From positions 2,666,001 to 2,730,000 of the forward strand of contig JAWMAR010000243.1 of the NCBI GenBank assembly GCA_036785375.1: a stretch of 64,000 bases of DNA, given 5' to 3'. The notes beneath the pieces were generated by a model, which searched no databases, was not told where the DNA came from, and saw only the letters and a list, made by a program, of their open reading frames with translations. The DNA comes from Leucoraja ocellata (Eukaryota). Position 1 is the stretch's first letter, and every line of letters begins with the position of its first letter. A program made the position numbers and the translations under genes. Positions 12,765 to 25,687 of this stretch are shown piece by piece.

Positions 12765-13310
12765 TTAGCGGGTCAGGCAGCATCTGTGAAGGGAATTGGA
12801 TGGATGACATTTTAGGTCGAGATCTTTCTTCGAAACATTGATCCATTTCCTAACCGGAAATGTAGTCTGGCCATATCTCCCACCAAGCTGACCTCCCGGT
12901 GGCTCAGCACTTCAACTCCCCCTCCCACTCCGTCTCCGACCTCTCTGTCCTGGGTCTCCTCCATGGCCACAGTGAGCAGCACCGGAAATTGGAGGAACAG
13001 CACCTCATATTCCGTTTGGGGAGTCTGCATCCTGGGGGCATGAACATCGAATTCTCCCAATTTTGTTAGTCCTTGCTGTCTCCTCAGTCCCCCTGCTGTC
13101 TCCTCCCATCCCCCAGCCTTCGGGCTCCTCCTCCTTTTTCCTTTCTTGTCCCCGCCCCCGATCAGTCTGAAGAAGGGTTTTGGCCCGAAACGTTGCCTAT
13201 TTCCTTCGCTCCATAGATGCTGCTGCACCCGCTGAGTTTCTCCAGCTTTTTTGTGTACCTCCACAGATGCTGCCTGACTGAGTTCCTCCAGCATCTGCAG
13301 TTTCTTGTGC
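12765..13310 (+). mobile_element. Penelope-like element fragment (GIY-YIG C-terminus plus terminal repeat, preceded by inverted terminal piece)
   Basis: + strand encodes [50 protein letters not shown]; followed by CTGAAGAAGGG..CCCGAAACG terminal repeat. Confidence 0.8.
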
Positions 13311-13364
13311 CTCAATTCTCAATGTACTCTGAACTATTCCTCCCTTGGGAGCATATTGAGGCCA

Positions 13365-14090
13365 TAGAGTGACACTGTGTGGAAACAGGCCCTTCGGCTC
13401 AACTCGCCCACACCGTCCTACATGTCCCAGCTACACTACTCCCACCTGCCTGTGCTTGGTCCATATTCCTCCAAATCTGTCCTATCCATGAACCTGTCTA
13501 ACTAACTGTTTCTTAAACGTTGGGACGTTTCTTAAAATGTTGCCTGACCTGCTAAGTTCCTCCTAGACTTTGTGTTTTGCTCAAGGTTCCAGCATCTGTT
13601 CCTTGTGTCTAACTGTTTCTTAAACTCTGGCAGCTTGTTCCATACATCCCCCACCCTTTGTGTGGAAAAAGTTACCCCACAGATTCCTATTAAATCTTTT
13701 CCGCTTCACCTAGAACCTATGTCATCTGGTCCTCGATTCCCCTTCTCTGGGCAAGATCATGGGGGGCATGGATAATGTGAATGCTCACAGTCTTTTTCGA
13801 TCGGTGCAGAATTCTAAACTAGAGGGTGAGAGGAGAGGGATTTAAAAGGGATCTCGGGCAACCTTTTCACTTGGAGGGTAATCCCTATCTGGAATGAGGT
13901 GTCAAAGGAAGCTGTAGAAGTGGATACAATTACAATTAAAAATATATATATATTTGGGCAGATGTGTGGATGGGAAGGGTTTAGAATGATATGCGCCAAA
14001 TGCAGGCAAATGGGACCAGCCCAGTATGCCAACTTAGTTGGCAGCTTAGTTGGCATGGTGGACCAACGGGCCTGTTTATATGCTATACAA
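13365..14090. mobile_element. Two adjacent CR1 3' fragments in opposite orientation (minus ~13365-13752, plus ~13760-14090)
   Basis: Shared CR1 3' motifs (aaacaggcccttcggc on minus; ctagaggg..gtgaga..tttaaaaggg on plus). Confidence 0.7.
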
Positions 14091-14104
14091 TCCATCATTA
14101 GGCT

Positions 14105-14865
14105 CATTAACATTCATTTTGAACTGACCTACTTTTGTAAAACGGAGGTAGACAGAGGTAATCCTCCGACATTTTCGCCACCTCCAATGGGATCCTACCA
14201 CTTGCCACATCTTCCCATCGCCTCCCCTTTCTGCTATCCGCAGAGACCGTTCCCTCCCATTCCGCAGAGACCTCCTCCCATTCCAAATCTGACCTATCTG
14301 TCCTGGGCCTCCTCCATTGCCAGAGTGAGACCCAGCGAAAATTGGAGGAACAGCACCTCATATTTCACTTGGGTAGTTTACACCCCAACGGTATGAACAT
14401 TGACTTCTCTAATTTCAGATAGTCCTTGCTTTTTCTCTCCTTCCCCTCCCATTCCCAGCTCTCCCACAAGCCTACTGTAAAGGAAACTAGACGTTGTCCA
14501 TAGTCCTTTAACTAAGTCTTTATTCAAACACCAATAACACACGTTCCAGTACTAACCACAATTGGTCTACACACGTACTGGAACCTAACAGGGAGGGAAC
14601 ATGCAGACACTACAGTTATACTATAGAATGTGGGAGGGATGATATGCTAATGAGGTAGTTACATATATGGTTGCATGCATAACCATCTACACCTACTGTA
14701 TCCGCATCTTCCTTTCTTTTTCCCGCACCCCAACATCAGACTGAAGAAGGGTCTCGACCAGAAACGTCGCCTATTCCTTCTCTCCATAGATGCTGCCTCA
14801 CCCGCTGAGTTCCTCCAGCATTTTTGCCTACCTTCGATTTTTCCAACATCTGCAGTTCTTTCTTA
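14105..14865 (+). mobile_element. Penelope-like element fragment interrupted by a solo LTR
   Basis: DLSVLGLLHCQSETQRKLEEQHLIFHLGSLHPNGMNIDFSNFR remnant; terminal repeat at 14741-14865. Confidence 0.8.
14476..14691 (-). mobile_element. Solo LTR (216 bp)
   Basis: TGTA...TACA termini, 5-bp TSD CCTAC (14471-14475, 14692-14696), AATAAA on minus strand near 14520. Confidence 0.8.
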
Positions 14866-15175
14866 AACTTGTAAAACAGAAAGTATTTTGAAATTAATTT
14901 TATGGCTATTTGTGATTTCCTGACATTGTTCATGTGATGGGTGAAAGATGTTCAATAAATCAGACGTTAATTATCATCAAAATGTATCAACCAATGTAAC
15001 TAATTAGTTTTAAACTAAAAAAAATATGGCTAATGAATTATCAGTGGCAGTGATAAATTATTTGAAATAGTGTTTCACCTTTGAGGATAAAATGATTTTG
15101 TATCATAGAAGAATCTCAGACAGGAACGCAACAGTATCTATTTGCAGAAACATAATTTGTCTATTTCTCTTCCAG

Positions 15176-15238
15176 CATTTCCAGGAAGGGCGAAGGGCGC
15201 AGCAGCACATAGAAAGCTGTTGGAAACAACTCGAAGCA
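15176..15238 (+). CDS. FNBP1: FNBP1 coding exon (~exon 5), F-BAR domain, HFQEGRRAQQHIESCWKQLEA
   Basis: ctcttccAG acceptor, GTAAGT donor, 63 nt, phase 0/0; peptide matches recalled human FNBP1 ([21 protein letters not shown]). Confidence 0.96.
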
Positions 15239-16589
15239 GTAAGTTTGGTCCAACATTCAATGCTTAATTCATGCTACCTCGTGTTACTGAATAGCGCCCC
15301 TTTCCAAATTATACCTGTTAACAAGTTTGTTCAATTATTTCATGCTAATACCTCAAATGTAAGTCTCTGTAAATGCACCATCTGTCATGTCTCCTTATTA
15401 TATTTTATTTGTCACATTTCACCCTCTCACCATCCATTGGTTTCTTGTATTGTTTACAGCTGCTCTCCTCACTTTGTCAGTTGGATCAGCAACTTTTGTT
15501 GCTGTTGCAAATGTATTAATCATATCTAAATGATAGTCAAAATCATCCACTGTTAATATCAAAGGAGCAAAGAACCCAATACAGACCTCTAATCCCACAT
15601 GAAACAACCTTTCAGTCACTAAAATATCTTGTTAACAGCCACGCACCCTAAATGAAATGCTGTACTCTCTTTGGCTAACTTTATTTATTTCTCAAAAGAT
15701 TCACTTAAGTTGGTCAGACTTGCCGAGGTGATGATGCCTGGTTATATCCTGTTCCACTGCTGGGATATGCCACCTGGGGGGCAGTATCACAGGGGTATAA
15801 AGGCAGCAGGAAATCACTATGATCAGTGTTGATTACTGACCCCATGAGAAATCACGGCACAGGTCAAACATGGAGAAGGAATCATCCTCATGACCAGATA
15901 ATTTATTCCTTCACTTATGAACCTTCCACATCGGACAAAGTTTGGAAGAAACACATGAGGCAGCAAGGGCATAGATTGCACTCCCATCCACCAAAACTGC
16001 CCAACTCTTGAAACTCATCGGGACATTGCTGCTGGTCTGGATAATCCTCACTAATCTGTCATGGATGTATTGGTGGAAGTGTCCACTGCACATGGAGAAG
16101 AAGTCCCAACCTCACGGCGATGGCATCCTCCATTACGTTTAGCACTTCAAACACACTAACGAGAGTAAAACAAACCCGGCAGCTCAAAACTGAACATCCA
16201 GGAAGTATTGCAGACTATCAATAGTGCTTGAAATCGACACCCTGTAGATCCCTTACTCTACCGTTACCACGAAGACAGACCATAAACTGCAGTTCACTGA
16301 GGAAGGCAGGAAAGCATGGTGGATGAATGATAGGATGCAGATGCAAGAGACTTCTGATAGTCGAATCTTGAGCAAACACTAAGTGCTGGAGGAACTCAGT
16401 GGGTCAGGCAGCATCTGTGGAGGGAATGGACAGATGACATTTTGGGTCGGGGCCCGTCTTTAGATTTCATATTGGCGCTTTTTCTCTTGTTATAAGATGG
16501 ACAAAACATAGGGCATGTGGAAATCAGAATAATGCTTTGTTTTTCATTTTGTCTATTTTGTTCCACACGCAATGTTTAAAAACTGATAG

Positions 16590-16823
<234 letters not shown>

Positions 16824-17584
16824 TGATTATTAACATTGCATTATTGATTATTATATATTTATTGCATTATTGCATTAACAATTCTCTTAAGTTGCAGCAA
16901 GCAAGAACTTTGTTCTTCCATTAACAATTAAGCACTCTTGAAATGACCATTAACTAGTTTTATTGGTTTAACTGAATATTGCACTTTTGAAAGCACAAGA
17001 CGTTTGAAGGAAATGTACTTTTGCTATTTGACAGTTGCGATAGGTTAAGTTCATGGTGTGAACTTACTAAAAGTAATACAGGAGGACCACTCATATCGCG
17101 ATCTCATAGAGGTGAATAAAATCATGAGGAGAATAGACAGTCAATGTCAATTTCTGGATAGGGGAATCAAGAATTGGAGACCATAGGTTTGTGGTGAAAG
17201 GGGAAAGATTTCATACGAACCTGAGGGACATTTTTTTTCACCATAGAGTATATATTGGGTTGGACTGGTTGATGGATAGGAAAGGATTAGAGGGATATGA
17301 GTCAAAAGCAGTCAAATGGGACTTGCTTAGAGAGGGTGTCTTGGTCGGCATTGTCGAGTTGGACCAAAGGGCTTGTTTCGGTATTGTATGACTCCTGGAC
17401 AGAACTAATGGTTCACCAGGACAATTAAATTTAGGAATTTAAAGTAAATGATTAATTGAATAAAAATCTTGAATTAATGTCAAAAAGTGCCAATGAGGTT
17501 CAGGGTTCTCTTAAGGCTCTATCTGAGTCACATGTGTCCTACAGGGAAATAAATCTTATGTTTCTCCATTCAACCTGTACAGAG

Positions 17585-17760
17585 TCAGGATTGGAAATGA
17601 TTTCGCAAATGATATAGTGTAGCGGCGCCTGCTGGCGCACGCAAGTATCGAACCCGGCGTTCGGAAGCTGTGGTCACGTGACTCGGGAGGGGCTGCTGTT
17701 TTCGCGCGGTTTCGCTTTCGCGCCACAGGTGTATGCTGATCACCGTTGTGGTCAGACGTG
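17585..17760. promoter_or_regulatory. Compact CpG-rich intronic element, candidate promoter/insulator
   Basis: About 18 CpGs in 17621-17760 in otherwise CpG-poor DNA; GTCACGTGAC 17673-17682, CGGAAG 17662-17667, TTTCGCGC twice, inverted CCAAT, CTCF-like and B-box-like motifs. Confidence 0.55.
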
Positions 17761-20496
17761 TTAGTGAGGACCTGCAAACCAAAGAGTTATTTCTGAAATA
17801 AATAAGTTCACAGAAACTTGGTTGCTGTTCTTACATCCGCCAAAATATCAAGCCAATGACTTCTCATCGAATTAGTCACCACAATCTTGTTAAGGGCTGT
17901 TGTTCATATTTAGGGTTAGTATCACTATGTTTGGCTTTAAAAAAAAAAGATTCTTCTTAATTATCCAAAAGAGAAATTAAACCATTGAAATTTTATTGAA
18001 TTAAGTCATTGAAGTTTAATTTTCATTTTTAGCTGGACATTATTCTGACTGATTAATGACTGGAATTGATTGATTGATTGATGCAATCTCGATTCAAATA
18101 ATTAATGTTGGAGTAATGGAGTTCTGGGAATGATTACACTATCATAATATAACTTGGATCTTGGGTTGTCTTTGGCTTGTATTGTAACCCTGCTATGGGG
18201 AACTGTCCACGGATGGAAAGTACTCAGTGGCTAATCTTTATTCCAGCAATTGGCAGGAATTGAACTCTTTTCCTGTCCAACTCTCAACCCTGTCCTAGAT
18301 ATTAACTGTTAGACTATCTTCCTCACTGTCCAAAGTGGGTGTGAAAGAGACACATTTACAATTGTAGCAGTTGAAGTATGTCTCATTAAGTTTTGATAAT
18401 TACTTTGAATACAATTATAGTTAGGGTGATCTCACTATTTTTGAAGCTGAGAAGCTGATACTGTTGCTTTCCCCAAGTTTACAAAGCAAAGAAAAGTGTG
18501 GGTTATTAGAAACATGTTTGTGGATGTTGCTTTAAGATAGAATGCCTAAATATATCCCTCTGATCATGGACATCTGTTAATTATAATGCCGCCAACTTCA
18601 GGATCCTGTTTGTGGTTGGACCCATCAGCTGGGAGCCAATAAAACGAATGGTGTAATTAAAGTTAGCATTAATGCATCTCTAAAAAGCGTTACAGATCAA
18701 GGATAGACTAGGCGACCGTTTCATCGATCCGCCAAGGCCTGCTGGATCTCCCGGTGGGCAACCATTTTAACTTTCATTCCCATTCCCATTCCCATACTGA
18801 CCTTTCTGTCCCGGGCTTCCTCCATTGCCAGAGTGAGGCAATGGAGGAAACTGGCAGATCAGCACCTAATTTTCCTTTCACCTGTTGACCTTTTACTTTG
18901 GTGCCATTTTCTGCACTAAACGCAGGTCTCTTCATTCCTGAAAATCTAAACATAATGTCATAGAGCTGTACTGCACAGAAATAGGCCATTTGATCCACCT
19001 TGTACATTCACTAACGGGATTTCCAACCAATTTTGCATACTGGGCTAGAGCAGTTTGCTTGCATTTGGACCATGGCCTTCCGTTCCATATATTCTGTCTA
19101 AATGTCATTCAAAACTCATAATTGTATCCACTTGTGTATCTTTCTCTGAAAGCTTAGTCCAGATATAGACTACCCTCTGGGAGAAAAAGTTGCCCCTGAA
19201 ATCCCTCTGACATATCTCCCCTCCCACCTTAGCCTATAAATCAGTGGTAGCACTGCTGTTCCTGAGCCTGAGATTTGATTAACCTTTTCATGCTCGAACC
19301 AATAAATGAGATGAACAGATGCCCCCTCGCGCCTCTCCCTCTCTGCAGCACGGGCAGTCTTCTATGTCTCTCAACTGGATTTTCACTTGGTAGACCTGCA
19401 GGTTTTCAAATCGGGTACCTGCTTTATCGGGTGAGTGTGAAAGATTTTGAAGTATTAAAAGATGAAGAAAAGGCAACTCTTTGACGTCCATGAAGACATT
19501 GATCCCTTAAAAATGTTAATGTATGATATTTGTTGTGGGACTCTGTGCACAAATTACTAGTGTGTATAACTGTGAAACTATTCAGATTTAGTATCTTCAA
19601 AACAAGTTGAAGATGATGTGAAAATGGAAAAGGAGGGGGAGCAATTAAAACTACTATCTGCATTGAATTGAGGGAAAGGAAATGACAACAGGATTTCTAA
19701 AAAAAAAACCCATTTGTGATGGGAATTGGCAATGAAGAAAATCGGAATCTTTGAATCATGATTGCTGAAAGTTTCCTGCAAGAAACAAAGTAATAGCTCA
19801 CTCTGCAGTGGATCCTTGAAGAAATTAAAGTTAAAATTAAACTGTTAAAGCAAGAGTTAATAGTAAGCAAGGAAAATAATAGATAAAAAGGAATCCCTGA
19901 TGTCATTAGAATAAGTGCGTCTAAAAATAATGTTGGGGTTTATGCATTATTGCAACTTTAATATTGCATTCATTTTAGGGCCTTCTCTGTATCTATAGCC
20001 TGCGAAGAGATTTCAGAACCAATCCCTCATATTGAGCCATAAATGAGAAGTTTTAGACATGGAAAAAGTCAAGAAATTGACATTTTTAAAAATAGCAGAG
20101 AAACATGTAACCAAAGCAGAGGCTGCCACGCCAATTTATGTGGAGCTGCTGAACATCATAAGGTTATCATAATGCATGGAATGTGGAACAATATTACTAA
20201 ACACTGAGGACAGTGTTTGATACATGCTCAATTGCTCATTGATTTCATATCTTAAATAATGCTCTTTTTGTGAAAAGACCATGTGACCACACTCTCAAAT
20301 GTAAAGTTAACTTAAATTGAGAGAGGACTTTTGTTAATGCGTACCGACTATATTTAATATTTTAGGGTAGGCATGTTGTTTAACATTTACATATTCATAG
20401 TTTATGGCATTTCATGCTTGAGACCTGTATCAATTATGAATCAAATCTGTCTAGGTAACAGTTTTGATGAATGTGTGCAAGTGTAGAGATTGTATT

Positions 20497-20548
20497 GTGT
20501 GTGTGTGTGTGTGGTGGGAGGGGGGAGGGGGAGGAGGAGGAGGAGGAA
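20497..20548. repeat. (GT)n microsatellite followed by G-run/(GGA)n
   Basis: Direct reading. Confidence 0.9.
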
Positions 20549-21043
20549 CAATCCTCTCAAATCACATTTACAAACATTTCTTCTCACCTAAAACCTTTTT
20601 TTTTAAGATAAACACAAAATGCTGGAGTAATATGCTGGGCCAGGCAACATCTTTTTTAAAATATCGCTTCAATGGGAAAAATATTCAGACTATCTACCCT
20701 ACCTACGCCTCTTATAATTTTACATATCTCTATTAGGTCATCCCTCCGCCTCTTTTGTTAAAAGGAAAATAAGCCCAGCCTGTCCAATGGATCCCAATAA
20801 CTAAAATCCTCCAATCCAGGCAACACCCTGGTGAATCTCCTCTTCACTCTCTCTAATGCAAACACATCCTTCCTGTAGTGCAAGCTAAACTCCAAGTTTG
20901 GTTTTCAGCCAGTGTTTTTGCCAGTCTAGCCAGAGCAGCCTGCCATTTGGATCTTACTTTTTACCTCCTCAAAAAACGTAATCAATTAGGTGAATAATTA
21001 TTAATTACTATATATGGTAGACCAGTTACATAAATTATTAGGA

Positions 21044-21290
21044 GGAAGGAACTGCAGATGCTGGCTTAAACTGAAGATAGACACAAAATGCTGGAGTAAC
21101 TCAGCGGGACAGGCAGCATCTCTGGAGAGAAGGAATGGGTGACATTTTGGGTCAAGACCCTTCTTCAGACTGAAAGTCACGGGAAGGGCAAATGAGAGAT
21201 ATAGACGATGACGTAGAGAGATATGTCACCCATTCCTTCTCTCAGGAGATGCTGCTTGTCCCGCTGAGTTATTCCAGCATTTTGTGTCTA
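21044..21290. mobile_element. Penelope-like terminal repeat, inverted pair
   Basis: tagacacaaaatgctggagtaactcagcgggac.. and its reverse complement ..gtcccgctgagttattccagcattttgtgtcta. Confidence 0.75.
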
Positions 21291-22149
21291 TCACAGGTTA
21301 ATTATTGTTTGTGTATTTGCATGTTGATTTGGACTGGTTTGGGTAAGATCCTGCTTGCCAACCGTGACTTGACTGCTGTTATTTAACCAGGCCACTGTTG
21401 GTGTCTGTATTTATCTTGGCTGGTTGGAAGAGTTAATCTTCCTGGCTCTCTGCAGTCTGGGTCAAGTCTTGTAGCCTCTATGTTATCTGGCATCCTTTAA
21501 TGATGTTTGGAGGCCCTTTCCCCAGAATATCTGCAGTAGTTGGCAAGGCTAGAACAGGCTCTGAAACCTGTCATTGACTTAATGATTTTTTTAAGTTTCT
21601 TGTTATCAGGGATGTTTCCCAAAAATGTTGCAATTGAAGTTATCAATGAAAACAGCAGCAACTAAAAAAACAAACTAAAAACATACACATAAAAATAATT
21701 TAAAATAAATCAAAATAGCCCAGCCCATTACACAGACCAGCAAGCCTAACATCTTCCCCATCTTCACTTCATGCTGCCTTGGGAAAGGAGCCAACTTAAT
21801 TATGGACCATTCACGCCCTGGTCATTCCCACTTCTGTTGGGCAGAAGATTAAAGCCTGTACCACCAGATTTAGGAACAGCTCCTTCGCTGAAGTTAGTGG
21901 ACTACTGGATGGTCCTCCCATTAGATGGACTCGCTGTGGATGTATGAGTGTTTATTTTTCCATGGCTGTAGTGCTACAATGCTATATTCTGTCCTCTGGT
22001 ATTGTTCTCCTTGCACTGCCTGTTGTACTTGTGTGTGACTTGATTGTAGTAAACAAAAGCTTTTTGTTGTTTCTCAGTAAACGTGACAATAATAACATCA
22101 AAAGTAACTACCTTTGCCTGTTTATTTGTAGACATTGGAAGCAATGCAC

Positions 22150-22377
22150 AGACACAACGTGCTGGAGTAACTCAGTGGGTCAGGCAGCATTCTTGGAGAA
22201 AATAGATGGGTGAAGTTTTGGGTCAGGATCCTTCTTCAATCTGAAATCTAGGTCTGAAGAAGGCTCCTAACCCAAAACGTTACACATCCTTTTTCTCCAG
22301 AGATGTTGCCTGATGAACTGAGTTACTCCAGCACTGTCTATCTTGGGTATAAACCACATCTGCACCACTTTGTTTCT
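22150..22377. mobile_element. Penelope-like terminal repeat, inverted pair
   Basis: Same family as 21044, older/diverged arms. Confidence 0.7.
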
Positions 22378-24525
22378 ATTTTTTGAAATCAATGGAGTCT
22401 CATCTAGCAAAAGATTCGGTCCTCTGAGTGCATCTGCCACCTTGCCAACATGTGTTTGTATGGTTCTGGGTGTATAGAAATATTCAATACAGGCTGGCCC
22501 ATCGTGTGAACTTCAAAGTACAAAACTATCGATATTTAAAAAATCAGAAATTGCTCTAGATGCAGGTTTGAGATATTAATGAAACTTTCCTTTCAAGAAA
22601 AACAGAATTGTTATTAAATTAAATAGCTCATTCCCAAGTCCATGTTTTTATTGTAGGCAGCCATAAATGACCTTATTGTTTTTCCAAGTTAACTGAGCCT
22701 CATTGAATTTACTGCTGTTTTTAACCAGGGCATTGTTGATGTCTGATTAGGTTTGTTGGAGGAGAGTGGAGCCTGGTAGCTCTGAGTAATGCGCATGTTT
22801 TATTTTCGAGACGAAACAAAGGATTGCTTTCTGCATTAAAGCACAGTTTAACTGATTAGGGTTCTTTAGGGACCTCAGTGTGCCTCGGTGTCAGAATGGA
22901 AATTATTGTGTATGTATTATCCAAAGTCACAAACCATAAACAGTCTAACACTGCTGGTCTTAAAGTGAATAATATGAACATAACATAGAATGTATTGTTG
23001 ATGGACTATGTTACATCCATTTACATAACATTAGTGAACTTGAATCTGTGAGAACAGCTGTACCAGCATCAGCTTCAGGGCACAAATAATAATTTGGGGA
23101 GAATTTTTTCCAAATATTTGCATTATGTGCCTATCATTGTGTTTGAATGCTAGCCATCAACATGGATTTAATGTTACAATAAGATTTCACTTAAGAAAAA
23201 AAACCCAAACTTCAAATGTAAATTGGAAATACTGGAACTAGTTGAGTGGTGAGGGTGAAAGTTGGTGTTTCACACTGATAATCTTTCACCTAACATGGGT
23301 TCGCCACAAACTAGCTGAATTCAACAACCAATAATTGTTTACTTGAACTACAAAAACCATCTTGAAGTATCTTAATCCACAGTCCAGTTAATTTCCTTGA
23401 GAAAGATGAAACATAGAAACATAGAAAATAGGTGCAGGAGGAGGCCATTCGGCCCTTCGAGCCAGCACTGCCATTCATTGTGATCATGGCTGATCTTCCC
23501 CTATCAATAACCCGTGCCTGCCTTCGCCCCATATCCTAAGATTTGAACTAAGCTTTGATTCCTGTTTACTGTAACCTCAGCAACTATGATCTTCTAAGTA
23601 CTGTGTCTTTGGTTACATTTGGTTACGGACATTGGTTTTGCATTATTATGGTCATGTTGTATCACTATTATTAATTTATATGACTAATTATTGTATATTT
23701 ACCTGTTTATTATTGTGTTAATGGGCCTTTTAAGCTGCAGCAAGTAAGAACTTAATTGTTCTGCTGCCAATACATATGACAATTAAGCACTCTTGACTCT
23801 TGAAGATACAAAGAATTATAGAGTTTTCTAAATTAACAATGCGAGTCCGCATTGAAAAAAATTGTCTTTCATTCTTGACTCTCAGACTCTCACTTAACTC
23901 TATTCCCAACTGTTTTCAGTACAGTTAGGCATTAGAAATATTTTGCTTCCAGCGCTTTCTGTTAAAAATGTACAGAATCCTGCTTCTCCAGCACTACTCC
24001 AGTGGTGAAATTTAGTAATCAGCTGATATTTAGGGTGGCAGCCAAATAGTTGTGTTTTTGATCGTTGCACAAGTAAACATTGTATTGCCAAATTAGAATA
24101 TTTCACATGAATATGTAAGCAGGGTGCTATTCTGGGTGTAGGAAACTGGCGTATTTAGTAAATAAGGGATCAGTTCCATTTTTGAATTGTAAAAGTATAG
24201 ATTCTTAATTTAAGTCTACGGAATAAGAGCACAATTTAAAATGAAGTGGGAATGTGGATGTTAACTAGATTTTTATGTCAATCCCATGGGGAGTAGTACA
24301 GTCAGGAACCTGGATCAATTGAATGCTCACAGTCTTGTCCTCAGGGGAGACGATTCTAAAACTAGAGGGCACAGGCTTCAGGTGAGAGGAGAGAGATTTA
24401 AGAGGGACCCATAGGGCATCTTTTCATTCAAAAGGTAGTCTGTATCAGCCTTGAGAAGCAACAAAGTAGATACAATTATGACCTCTAAAAGACATTTGGA
24501 CAATAAATGGACAAGGTTTAGACTC

Positions 24526-24745
24526 TAATGGTTCCCAACCTGGGGTAAATTTATCCCCAGTTGGTAAATTTGTTGATTCTTGAACTTAAAATAATAATGT
24601 TAAAAACAGTACAAACATTTCCCCTTTGTCGGTTGCTTTATTATGCTAGATGTAAACTCAAATTACTGCACAAAACAGGGAGGGGATAAAATTACTTTTA
24701 AAAGTTGCCTGGGGTAAACGGGGTGACAAAGGTTGGGGACCCCTG
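24526..24745. mobile_element. hAT (Charlie-like) MITE inserted in a CR1 fragment
   Basis: TIRs ~TAATGGTTCCCAACCT / AGGTTGGGGACCCCTG, repeated GGGGTAAA subterminal motifs, GTTTAGA duplicated on both sides, CR1 sequence resumes afterwards. Confidence 0.7.
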
Positions 24746-25687
24746 GTTTAGAGGGATATGGGCCAATTGCAGGCAAATGGGGCCAGCCCAGTATGCCAAC
24801 CTGTCGCCAGAGACAAGCAGGCCGAAGGGCTTGTTTACATGCAGTCGAGTTGTATGGTTTTTGTTCATTGATAGCGGGGAAGAGTAGAGTAAATCATAGA
24901 ACAGTACAGCAATGAACCAGGACCTTCGGCCCATCTTGTCCAAAATGACATATGATAAATCTATGCCTTGTAAATAACATCAGATGTTCAAAATAAATCA
25001 TTTCTGCACGCAAATACTTCATTTCTAGTTCAAGAGATCGGAAACTAAAGCTATGGAAACACAAGTACTTTTCCTTCATGCAAAAAAAAAAAAGACTGAC
25101 ATATTGCCAAAATGACCAAGTTGGCATGTTGGGCTGATCCCATTTGTCTGTATTTGGCCAATTGCCCTCTAAACGTTCCAATCCATACATCTGTTCAAAT
25201 CTCTTTTGAGAAGGTTGAGAAGATGGTTCAAACGTGTATGGAACACCCAGCTCAATTAATAGAGTTTTAGAATACACAAGAGTAAGAAGGTCACACTGAG
25301 CCTTTACAACATACTTGTTCAGCTGCAGCTGGAATATTATGTGCCCTCTGGGCATCACATTTCAGGAAGGAATGAAGATCTTGGAGTGAGTGCAGAGGAG
25401 AATTGTACTATAGATTATTACAATAAATCCTCTTCAGTGTGCAGAGATCGTGCAACTTTTCTTGCAACTTCCAAGTCTCTGAAAAGTCCGACCTTGGCTC
25501 AAGGCGATATGTAATATTTTATTTTCTCACTGTAAGGCCTGATTCTTCTGTTGAATATTTGTTGGTTTGCAAGTTCCTTCAGATAGTTATTGTCTGATAT
25601 CTAATATTTGAAACCGTGAAAAAGGTGATCCGAGATTCACGTATAACACTGTGGATCAAATGACTCTTTGTGACTATCTCTGCGCAG

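Noticed and set aside
1-15175. Upstream FNBP1 exon (NDYAGQHEVISE-type)
   Set aside because: Not found by eye; probably upstream of the window, making this stretch intronic.
15700-16320. Possible old Penelope/other retroelement remnant with CTCF-like and TATA-like words
   Set aside because: Too degenerate to assign; CTCF-like word has an extra G relative to consensus.
17630-17700. tRNA gene on minus strand (GGGTTCGATAC..GCGCCA)
   Set aside because: Only a B box/T-loop-like word; no A box, acceptor stem or anticodon arm can be folded.
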